This document shows positions 8,228 through 16,845 of a DNA stretch of 16,845 nucleotides, piece by piece. This stretch comes from Escherichia coli. GTDB lineage: Bacteria > Pseudomonadota > Gammaproteobacteria > Enterobacterales > Enterobacteriaceae. Positions within the stretch are counted from its first letter, which is position 1. Every line of letters begins with the position of its first letter. The position numbers and the translations under genes are program-made. The stretch lies in the NCBI RefSeq assembly GCF_003334315.1, contig NZ_QOWR01000073.1; one strand, written 5' to 3'. Below the pieces are notes generated by a model. It saw only the letters and a list, made by a program, of their open reading frames with translations. It searched no databases and was not told the DNA's origin.

Positions 8228-8554
8228 TTAGTCCCACCAAACGTCGAAAAGTTCGCTGGTGCGTACCTCATCCAGTTTGCGCTCTTCCAGCCACTTACGC
8301 ACAATCGCCTGATGTTCTTCGGTGCATTTGCCGATTTCCTGCATGCAGATCAGACCTTCCCAGGCCAGATAACCGCTGCCGTCAAAGGCCAGTTTGTTCG
8401 GTTCGATAACCTCGTTAATAAAATCATCAACGGTTTTATCAATCTGTTCTTCCGATGTACCTTCCGGGAATCGCCATGCCACCGAAAATCCTAATTCCTG
8501 GAATTCGTCGATGTGCATTTTTTTACGCAGACGACGGCTACGGTTCTTTGCCAT
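8228..8554 (-). CDS. yggL: DUF469 family protein YggL (108 aa)
   Basis: ORF 8228..8584; start trimmed to [23 protein letters not shown]... (ATG 8554-8552), which overlaps the trmB stop as TAATG. Confidence 0.85.
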   Translation of the reverse strand: MAKNRSRRLRKKMHIDEFQELGFSVAWRFPEGTSEEQIDKTVDDFINEVIEPNKLAFDGSGYLAWEGLICMQEIGKCTEEHQAIVRKWLEERKLDEVRTSELFDVWWD

Positions 8555-9273
8555 TATTTCACCCTCTCGAACATTAAGTCCCATACTCCGTGACCAAGAC
8601 GATGACCACGTTGTTCAAATTTCGTCACCGGACGTGATGCCGGACGCGGTACGTAATCATTGCTCTCTGACAGGTTTTTATAACCGTCAATAGAAGACAT
8701 CACTTCAAGCATATGTTCCGCATAAGGTTCCCAGTCGGTCGCCATATGGAATACGCCCCCCAGCTGCAGTTTGCTTTTTACCAGTTCGGCAAACGGCACC
8801 TGAACGATACGGCGTTTATTATGGCGCGCTTTGTGCCACGGGTCAGGGAAAAAGAGCTGCACCATGCGCAATGAATTGTCAGGAATCATTTTATGCAGCA
8901 CTTCAACCGCATCGTGACACATCACGCGCAGGTTGCTTAAACCTTCTTCATGCGCAGAAGCCAGGCACGCACCAACGCCCGGTGAATGCACTTCAATGCC
9001 GAGGAAGTCCTGCTCAGGGCGATCTTTAGCCATTGCCACCAGCGACGCCCCCATGCCAAAACCAATCTCAAGCGTCACCGGCGCTTCACGGCCAAAAAGC
9101 GCGGGGAAATCCAGCATATCTTCGCTGAACTCAACGCCCATCACCGGCCAGTAGTTTTCCAGCGCATGTTCCTGGCCTTTGGTCAGTCGCCCCTGGCGGC
9201 GCACAAAACTACGGATACGGCGCAGTGGGCGGCCGTTTTCATCAAATTCCGGTGAAATGACGTCGTTTTTCAT
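8554..9273 (-). CDS. trmB: tRNA (guanine46-N7)-methyltransferase
   Basis: 239 aa [46 protein letters not shown]...; SAM-binding motif region EIGFGMG. Confidence 0.92.
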   Translation of the reverse strand: MKNDVISPEFDENGRPLRRIRSFVRRQGRLTKGQEHALENYWPVMGVEFSEDMLDFPALFGREAPVTLEIGFGMGASLVAMAKDRPEQDFLGIEVHSPGVGACLASAHEEGLSNLRVMCHDAVEVLHKMIPDNSLRMVQLFFPDPWHKARHNKRRIVQVPFAELVKSKLQLGGVFHMATDWEPYAEHMLEVMSSIDGYKNLSESNDYVPRPASRPVTKFEQRGHRLGHGVWDLMFERVK

Positions 9274-9433
9274 AAAGGTTTAGTCGCTTGTGAAAGTGTT
9301 CTGAAAACGGGCATTATCCAAAGTTAGTTGCCGGATGCAAGCATGATAAGGCCGTGGCTGCGGAAAGTTCCGGTTTACACCCTGCCGTCGCTGTGCTGCA
9401 ATCTTGCCCCCAACAACAGTGAATTCGGTGACC

Positions 9434-10486
9434 ATGCAAGCGTCGCAATTTTCAGCCCAGGTTCTGGACTGGTACGATAAATACGGGCGAAAAACTCTGC
9501 CCTGGCAAATTGACAAGACGCCCTACAAAGTATGGCTCTCAGAAGTGATGTTGCAACAAACTCAGGTTGCGACCGTTATCCCCTATTTTGAACGCTTTAT
9601 GGCGCGCTTCCCGACGGTGACCGATCTCGCCAATGCGCCGCTCGACGAAGTTCTCCACTTGTGGACCGGGCTTGGCTATTACGCCCGCGCGCGCAATCTG
9701 CATAAAGCGGCACAACAAGTGGCGACCTTACACGGCGGTAAATTCCCGGAAACCTTTGAGGAAGTTGCAGCACTGCCGGGCGTCGGGCGTTCCACCGCAG
9801 GCGCGATTCTCTCGCTTTCTCTGGGTAAGCACTTTCCGATTCTCGACGGTAACGTCAAACGGGTGCTGGCGCGCTGCTATGCTGTAAGCGGCTGGCCAGG
9901 GAAAAAAGAGGTCGAGAATAAATTATGGAGTTTGAGCGAGCAGGTGACGCCCGCGGTTGGCGTGGAACGGTTTAATCAGGCGATGATGGATTTGGGTGCG
10001 ATGATTTGTACGCGCTCGAAACCGAAATGTTCGCTCTGTCCGCTACAAAACGGATGTATTGCCGCCGCCAACAATAGCTGGGCGCTTTATCCGGGCAAAA
10101 AACCGAAACAGACGCTGCCGGAGCGCACCGGCTACTTTTTGCTATTACAGCACGAAGATGAAGTATTGCTGGCGCAGCGTCCGCCGAGCGGATTGTGGGG
10201 CGGTTTATACTGTTTCCCGCAGTTTGCCGACGAAGAAAGTTTGCGGCAGTGGCTGGCGCAACGGCAGATTGCTGCCGATAACCTGACGCAACTGACCGCG
10301 TTTCGGCATACCTTCAGCCATTTCCACTTAGATATTGTGCCTATGTGGCTTCCCGTGTCGTCATTCACCGGCTGCATGGATGAAGGCAATGCGCTCTGGT
10401 ATAACTTAGCGCAACCGCCGTCAGTTGGCCTGGCGGCTCCCGTGGAGCGTTTGTTACAGCAGTTACGCACTGGCGCGCCGGTTTAG
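9434..10486 (+). CDS. mutY: Adenine DNA glycosylase (A/G-specific) MutY, 350 aa
   Basis: ORF 9404..10486; start trimmed to [25 protein letters not shown]...; helix-hairpin-helix region and [4Fe-4S] cysteine cluster ([17 protein letters not shown]) present. Confidence 0.92.
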   Translation: MQASQFSAQVLDWYDKYGRKTLPWQIDKTPYKVWLSEVMLQQTQVATVIPYFERFMARFPTVTDLANAPLDEVLHLWTGLGYYARARNLHKAAQQVATLHGGKFPETFEEVAALPGVGRSTAGAILSLSLGKHFPILDGNVKRVLARCYAVSGWPGKKEVENKLWSLSEQVTPAVGVERFNQAMMDLGAMICTRSKPKCSLCPLQNGCIAAANNSWALYPGKKPKQTLPERTGYFLLLQHEDEVLLAQRPPSGLWGGLYCFPQFADEESLRQWLAQRQIAADNLTQLTAFRHTFSHFHLDIVPMWLPVSSFTGCMDEGNALWYNLAQPPSVGLAAPVERLLQQLRTGAPV

Positions 10487-10510
10487 CGCGTGAGTCGATA
10501 AAGAGGATGA

Positions 10511-10789
<279 letters not shown>

Positions 10790-10795
10790 AAACAG

Positions 10796-10816
10796 TGCCG
10801 GAGCACGCCTCCGGCA
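10796..10816 (+). other. Stem-loop between yggX and mltC (no U-tract)
   Basis: tgccggag-cacgc-ctccggca, perfect 8 bp stem, 7 nt after the yggX stop; followed by aacttgcataaaaac rather than a T-run, so not a canonical intrinsic terminator. Confidence 0.4.
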
Positions 10817-10826
10817 ACTTGCATAA

Positions 10827-11933
<1,107 letters not shown>

Positions 11934-11944
11934 TTCCATTAACC

Positions 11945-11966
11945 GCCCCTGACGATGCTCAGGGGC
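11945..11966 (+). other. Stem-loop immediately downstream of mltC
   Basis: gcccctga-cgatgc-tcaggggc (8 bp stem), 11 nt after the mltC stop, followed by aaaaatg (no U-tract): possible weak terminator or RNA processing/stability element. Confidence 0.35.
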
Positions 11967-11971
11967 AAAAA

Positions 11972-11987
11972 TGTTATCCACATCACA
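11972..11987 (+). promoter_or_regulatory. Candidate CRP-binding site in the nupG upstream region
   Basis: TGTTAtccacaTCACA matches TGTGA-N6-TCACA at 9/10 positions, about 150 bp upstream of the nupG start. nupG is a known CRP/CytR-regulated gene (established knowledge); this site assignment is by eye. Confidence 0.45.
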
Positions 11988-12134
11988 ATTTCGTTTTGCA
12001 AATTGGGAATGTTTGCAATTATTTGCCACAGGTAACAAAAAACCAGTCCGCGAAGTTGATAGAATCCCATCATCTCGCACGGTCAAATGTGCTTTTTCAA
12101 ACACTCATCCGCATCACGATGTGAGGAAATTAAC

Positions 12135-13391
12135 ATGAATCTTAAGCTGCAGCTGAAAATCCTCTCTTTTCTGCAGTTCTGTCTGTGGGGAAGTTGGCTG
12201 ACGACCCTCGGTTCCTATATGTTTGTTACCCTGAAGTTTGACGGTGCTTCTATTGGCGCAGTTTATAGCTCACTGGGTATCGCCGCGGTCTTTATGCCTG
12301 CGCTGCTGGGGATTGTGGCCGACAAATGGTTAAGTGCGAAATGGGTATATGCCATTTGCCACACCATTGGCGCTATCACGCTGTTCATGGCGGCACAGGT
12401 CACGACGCCGGAGGCGATGTTCCTTGTGATATTGATTAACTCGTTTGCTTATATGCCAACGCTTGGGTTAATCAACACCATCTCTTACTATCGCCTGCAA
12501 AATGCCGGGATGGATATCGTTACTGACTTCCCGCCAATCCGTATCTGGGGCACCATCGGCTTTATCATGGCAATGTGGGTGGTGAGCCTGTCTGGCTTCG
12601 AATTAAGCCACATGCAGCTGTATATTGGCGCAGCTCTTTCCGCCGTTCTGGTTCTGTTTACCCTGACTCTGCCGCATATTCCGGTTGCTAAACAGCAAGC
12701 GAATCAGAGCTGGACAACCCTGCTGGGCCTCGATGCATTCGCGCTGTTTAAAAACAAGCGTATGGCAATCTTCTTCATCTTCTCAATGCTGCTGGGCGCG
12801 GAACTGCAGATTACCAACATGTTCGGTAATACCTTCCTGCACAGCTTCGACAAAGATCCGATGTTTGCCAGCAGCTTCATCGTGCAGCATGCGTCAATCA
12901 TCATGTCGATTTCGCAGATCTCTGAAACCCTGTTCATTCTGACCATCCCGTTCTTCTTAAGCCGCTACGGTATTAAGAACGTAATGATGATCAGTATTGT
13001 GGCGTGGATCCTGCGTTTTGCGCTGTTTGCTTACGGCGACCCGACTCCGTTCGGTACTGTACTGCTGGTACTGTCGATGATCGTTTACGGTTGCGCATTC
13101 GACTTCTTCAACATCTCTGGTTCGGTGTTTGTCGAAAAAGAAGTTAGCCCGGCAATTCGCGCCAGTGCACAAGGGATGTTCCTGATGATGACTAACGGCT
13201 TCGGCTGTATCCTCGGCGGCATCGTGAGCGGTAAAGTTGTTGAGATGTACACCCAAAACGGCATTACCGACTGGCAGACCGTATGGTTGATTTTCGCTGG
13301 TTACTCCGTGGTTCTGGCCTTCGCGTTCATGGCGATGTTCAAATATAAACACGTTCGTGTCCCGACAGGTACACAGACGGTTAGCCACTAA
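12135..13391 (+). CDS. nupG: Nucleoside:H+ symporter NupG (MFS-type transporter), 418 aa
   Basis: ORF 12087..13391; start trimmed to MNLKLQLKILSFLQFCLWGSWLTTLG... (ATG 12135) with SD gaggaa 8 nt upstream; 12-TM hydrophobic profile. Confidence 0.92.
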   Translation: MNLKLQLKILSFLQFCLWGSWLTTLGSYMFVTLKFDGASIGAVYSSLGIAAVFMPALLGIVADKWLSAKWVYAICHTIGAITLFMAAQVTTPEAMFLVILINSFAYMPTLGLINTISYYRLQNAGMDIVTDFPPIRIWGTIGFIMAMWVVSLSGFELSHMQLYIGAALSAVLVLFTLTLPHIPVAKQQANQSWTTLLGLDAFALFKNKRMAIFFIFSMLLGAELQITNMFGNTFLHSFDKDPMFASSFIVQHASIIMSISQISETLFILTIPFFLSRYGIKNVMMISIVAWILRFALFAYGDPTPFGTVLLVLSMIVYGCAFDFFNISGSVFVEKEVSPAIRASAQGMFLMMTNGFGCILGGIVSGKVVEMYTQNGITDWQTVWLIFAGYSVVLAFAFMAMFKYKHVRVPTGTQTVSH

Positions 13392-13401
13392 TTACGCAAA
13401 G

Positions 13402-13437
13402 AAAAACGGGTCGCCAGAAGGTGACCCGTTTTTTTTA
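13402..13437. terminator. Bidirectional rho-independent terminator between convergent nupG and speC
   Basis: aaaaa-acgggtcgcc-agaa-ggtgacccgt-tttttttt: 10 bp stem (one G.U), 4 nt loop, A-tract 5' and T-tract 3', so it reads as a terminator on both strands. Confidence 0.85.
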
Positions 13438-13440
13438 TTC

Positions 13441-15576
13441 TTACTTCAACACATAACCGTACAACCGTTTCATGCCATCCGCATCGGTTTCGCTATAAAC
13501 ACCTTGCAGCTCCGGCGAAAATCCCGGCAACAAATTCACCCCTTCTTCCAGTGCAAGGAAATAACGTTGAACCGCCCCACCCCAGACTTCCCCGGGTACC
13601 ACGCAAAGCACGCCAGGTGGATAAGGCAACGCCCCTTCTGCCGCAATTCGCCCTTCGGCATCACGAATCCGCACCAACTCCACGTCACCGCGAATATAAG
13701 CGCTATGCGCATCCTGGGGGTTCATCACCACTGACGGGAAACTCTGCTGGCGGAACATCGCTTTTTGTAGGTCTTTGACGTCGAAACTGACATACAGATC
13801 GTGCATCTCCTGACACAACTGGCGCAGGGTGTAGTCGCGATAGCGCACCGGATACTTGTTATAAACGCTCGGCAACACCTCAACCAGCGGCGAGTCATCC
13901 TCAATATGCTGTTCAAATTGCGCCAGCATCGCCACCAGTTGTGCCAGCTTCTCGTGGCTTTCCGCCGGAGTTAATAAAAACAGAATGGAGTTGAGATCGC
14001 ACTTCTCCGGCACAATGCCGTTCTCACGCAGATAGTGCGCCAGAATCGTCGCCGGAACGCCAAAGTCGCTATATTCGCCGGTTTCGGCATCGATACCTGG
14101 TGTAGTGAGTAACAGCTTGCACGGATCAACAAAATACTGATCCGCGGCATATCCTTCAAAGCCGTGCCACTTCGCCCCCGGCTCAAAACTGAAAAAACGG
14201 CGGTCGCTGGCTAACACTGATGTCGGATAATCCTGCCACAATTTGCCATCAACAACGGGCGGGATAAACGGGCGGAACAGCTTACAGCGCGCAAGAATAG
14301 CCTTGCGCGCTTCAATCCCTATCTCAACACACTCAGCCCACAGCCGACGCCCACTCTCCCCTTCATGAATTTTGGCGTTAACATCCAGTGCAGCAAACAG
14401 CGGATAGAAAGGGCTGGTAGAAGCATGGAGCATAAAGGCGTTATTCAACCGCTTATGCGGGCAAAAACGCGCCTGTCCGCGGATATGGTTATCTTTTTTA
14501 TGGATCTGCGACGTCTGTGAGAATCCCGCCTGCTGTTTGTGCACCGACTGAGTCACAAAGATCCCCGGATCGTTTTCGTTAAGTTCTAACAGCAGCGGCG
14601 AGCTATCCGCCATCATCGGGATAAATTGTTCATAACCGACCCACGCGGAATCAAACAGAATGTAATCACACAGATGCCCAACGGTATCGATCACCTGACG
14701 GGCGTTATAGACAGTGCCGTCATAGGTTCCCAGCTGAATAATCGCCAGGCGATACGGGCGCGGCAGGTCGGCTTTTTCTGGCGCAACGTCGCGAATTTGC
14801 TGGCGCAGATACTCTTCATTAAAACAGTGCGCATCAATACCGCCAATGAAACCAAACGGGTTGCGTGAAGCTTCCAGATAGACCGGCGTCGCCCCCGCCT
14901 GAATCAGCGCGCCGTGATGATTCGACTTATGGTTGTTACGGTCGAAGAGCACCAGATCGCCACGCGTTAACAGCGCATTCGTCACCACTTTATTCGCTGC
15001 CGATGTGCCGTTCAGCACAAAATAGGTTTTATCGGCATGAAAGACTTTGGCTGCGAATTTCTGCGCATCTTTCGCCGATCCTTCATGAATAAGCAGATCG
15101 CCCAATTTTACGTCAGCGTTACACATATCGGCGCGAAAGACGTTCTCACCAAAGAAATCGTAAAAATGGCGTCCGGCAGGATGCTTTTTAAAAAACGCAC
15201 CATGTTGATGTCCAGGGCAAGCAAAGGTGCTGTTGCCCATCTCAACGTACTGCGTCAGCGTGTCATAAAACGGTGGCAGCAAATTCTCTTCATACTGACA
15301 GGCTGCGGATTCCAGCTCCAGCCACTGCTGCTCGTTGCCGTTGATTACCGCCGTAACGCCCGCAGGTAATTCAACAGCATGTTTGGAATACAAAAACACC
15401 GGTAGATGAAAACCGGTGCGCTTAAGCAACGCAAGAATGCCACTGCGACTATCCGCAGCGGTAATGACGACTGCCGCGACGTCCGTAAAATCAGTATCTC
15501 CCAACGCCACCACGCGACGATGAGAAGAAAGTCGGGATACCAGTTCACTACTGGCGGCAATATTCATTGATTTCAT
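13441..15576 (-). CDS. speC: Ornithine decarboxylase (constitutive/biosynthetic type), 711 aa
   Basis: ORF 13441..15636; start trimmed to MKSMNIAASSELVSRLSSHRRVVALGDTDF... (ATG 15576); Orn/Lys/Arg decarboxylase family with a PLP-lysine region. Confidence 0.9.
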   Translation of the reverse strand: MKSMNIAASSELVSRLSSHRRVVALGDTDFTDVAAVVITAADSRSGILALLKRTGFHLPVFLYSKHAVELPAGVTAVINGNEQQWLELESAACQYEENLLPPFYDTLTQYVEMGNSTFACPGHQHGAFFKKHPAGRHFYDFFGENVFRADMCNADVKLGDLLIHEGSAKDAQKFAAKVFHADKTYFVLNGTSAANKVVTNALLTRGDLVLFDRNNHKSNHHGALIQAGATPVYLEASRNPFGFIGGIDAHCFNEEYLRQQIRDVAPEKADLPRPYRLAIIQLGTYDGTVYNARQVIDTVGHLCDYILFDSAWVGYEQFIPMMADSSPLLLELNENDPGIFVTQSVHKQQAGFSQTSQIHKKDNHIRGQARFCPHKRLNNAFMLHASTSPFYPLFAALDVNAKIHEGESGRRLWAECVEIGIEARKAILARCKLFRPFIPPVVDGKLWQDYPTSVLASDRRFFSFEPGAKWHGFEGYAADQYFVDPCKLLLTTPGIDAETGEYSDFGVPATILAHYLRENGIVPEKCDLNSILFLLTPAESHEKLAQLVAMLAQFEQHIEDDSPLVEVLPSVYNKYPVRYRDYTLRQLCQEMHDLYVSFDVKDLQKAMFRQQSFPSVVMNPQDAHSAYIRGDVELVRIRDAEGRIAAEGALPYPPGVLCVVPGEVWGGAVQRYFLALEEGVNLLPGFSPELQGVYSETDADGMKRLYGYVLK

Positions 15577-15973
15577 AAGCGCAAACCCGTTTCGGGGAAG
15601 TAAGAATACCGGACAAGGTGGAAAACCCTGCCCCATGAGATATGGGTCAAACTGGTCACCAGCTCCGACCGCCAGACATCAGTAAAAGCAGAAACGCTCT
15701 GATTTTACTGTTGTCCTGCAGTGAGCGTGCGTTAACTTCACCGCATGAGCAGTAACATAGAAAGGGAAACGTTTCGCGCGAAACGGCGATAAGCGAGAGA
15801 ATGTAAGGAGATGGCGTGCATCGGGCAAACTCCGTACAGAGAGGAGAAAATTCGCGCAATCATGGCACCTTTCGCTAAAGCGTGCAAGCCAGGACTTTGC
15901 GAACAAACAAGCCATCGACGGCACCAAACGGTCATAATAAGAAAATCAAACAATACAGTTAACAGGAACTCTT

Positions 15974-16681
15974 GTGGTCATCGGCCCTTTTATCAACGCT
16001 AGTGCAGTATTACTGGGTGGCGTTCTCGGCGCACTGCTCAGCCAACGCTTACCGGAACGTATCCGCGTCTCCATGACATCTATTTTTGGTCTGGCATCGC
16101 TGGGGATTGGTATTTTACTAGTGGTGAAATGTGCCAACCTTCCAGCGATGGTTTTAGCTACGCTACTTGGCGCTCTAATTGGCGAAATTTGTTTGCTGGA
16201 GAAAGGTGTCAATACAGCAGTCGCCAAAGCACAAAATCTGTTTCGTCACTCACGTAAGAAGCCAGCGCATGAATCTTTTATTCAGAATTATGTCGCGATT
16301 ATTGTCCTGTTTTGCGCCAGCGGCACCGGGATCTTCGGGGCGATGAACGAAGGGATGACCGGCGATCCGAGTATTTTAATCGCCAAGTCATTTCTTGATT
16401 TCTTTACGGCGATGATCTTCGCCTGCTCGCTGGGTATTGCGGTATCGGTGATTAGTATCCCATTACTGATCATCCAGTTAACGCTGGCGTGGGCTGCCGC
16501 GCTGATTTTACCGCTGACCACACCGTCGATGATGGCAGACTTCAGCGCCGTAGGCGGTTTATTGCTGCTGGCAACCGGATTACGCATCTGTGGCATTAAA
16601 ATGTTCCCGGTGGTCAACATGCTTCCAGCACTCCTTCTGGCAATGCCGCTTTCCGCCGCCTGGACCGCCTGGTTTGCCTGA
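15974..16681 (+). CDS. yqgA: DUF554 family inner membrane protein YqgA
   Basis: 235 aa hydrophobic [25 protein letters not shown]...; apparent GTG start (no in-frame ATG between the upstream stop at 15938-15940 and 15974) with SD agga 6 nt upstream. Confidence 0.85.
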
Positions 16682-16747
16682 CAATGCGTGCAATATCGGC
16701 AAAGTGATGATAGATTGTGCAGTCTGCAGTAAATTGAAGAAATTTGA

Positions 16748-16776
16748 TTGACGAGACGAGGCGAATCAGGTTTAAT
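16748..16776 (+). promoter_or_regulatory. Sigma70 promoter of the tRNA-Phe gene
   Basis: -35 TTGACG (16748-16753), 17 bp spacer, -10 TTTAAT (16771-16776), followed by GC-rich discriminator gcgcccc typical of stringently controlled stable-RNA promoters; positioned about 10 bp upstream of the tRNA 5' end. Confidence 0.6.
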
Positions 16777-16786
16777 GCGCCCCGTT

Positions 16787-16845
16787 GCCCGGATAGCTCA
16801 GTCGGTAGAGCAGGGGATTGAAAATCCCCGTGTCCTTGGTTCGAT
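16787..16845 (+). tRNA. pheV: tRNA-Phe (anticodon GAA), 5' 59 nt; 3' end truncated by the window
   Basis: GCCCGGATAGCTCAGTCGGTAGAGCAGGGGATTGAAAATCCCCGTGTCCTTGGTTCGAT: acceptor/D-arm/anticodon loop (cuGAAaa) and start of the T-arm (GGTTCGAT). Assigned as pheV rather than pheU from the yqgA-adjacent context. Confidence 0.9.

Noticed and set aside
8933-9255. Plus-strand ORFs 8933..9154 and 8986..9255 antisense to trmB
   Set aside because: They are embedded in the trmB coding region, lack ribosome-binding sites, and have Ser/Pro/Ala/Arg-rich composition characteristic of antisense frames.
9320-9360. REP-like sequence gttgccggatgcaagcatgataaggccgtggctgcgg in the trmB-mutY divergent region
   Set aside because: It shares only the gccggatgc head with REP units and lacks the palindromic partner, so it is more likely promoter-region sequence than a REP.
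12087-12134. N-terminal extension of nupG (MCFFKHSSASRCEEIN...) giving 434 aa
   Set aside because: There is no SD upstream of 12087; the ATG at 12135 is preceded by gaggaa at proper spacing and starts the first hydrophobic transmembrane segment.
15577-15636. N-terminal extension of speC (MGQGFPPCPVFLLPRNGFAL...) giving 731 aa
   Set aside because: The extension has no supporting initiation signal and is not part of the decarboxylase N-terminal domain as I know it; the MKSMNIAASSEL start is preferred. Uncertainty remains, because neither candidate ATG has a strong SD.
15656-16002. Small ORFs (63-82 aa) in the speC-yqgA intergenic region on both strands
   Set aside because: None has a well-spaced Shine-Dalgarno (the aaggag at 15805-15810 directly abuts the ATG at 15811, with no spacer), the translations are Cys/Arg-rich and low-complexity, and they overlap each other in different frames. 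They are not called as genes, though the region itself is flagged as a finding.

Overview
This window is a well-conserved enterobacterial (Escherichia coli / Shigella-type) core chromosome segment, and I do not find a novel or undescribed system in it. From protein recognition in the ORF track, the gene order is: partial IS1 (3' part of insB and right terminus) | yggR (-) | yggS-yggT-yggU-rdgB-hemW (+, tightly packed) | yggM (-) | ansB (-) | yggN (-) | yggL-trmB (-) | mutY-yggX-mltC-nupG (+) | speC (-) | yqgA (+) | 5' part of tRNA-Phe (pheV-type, cut by the window end). Three REP/BIME clusters, several rho-independent terminators and a few promoter elements (FNR-dependent ansB promoter, tRNA promoter) are visible directly in the sequence. 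The points most worth a second look are the IS1 junction at the left edge, the tRNA-Phe island-integration site at the right edge, and the roughly 400 bp speC-yqgA intergenic region that nothing here explains. No CRISPR array, toxin-antitoxin pair, restriction-modification or other defence-like module is evident. All identifications rest on reading the sequence and translations plus recall of known protein families; no database search was run.
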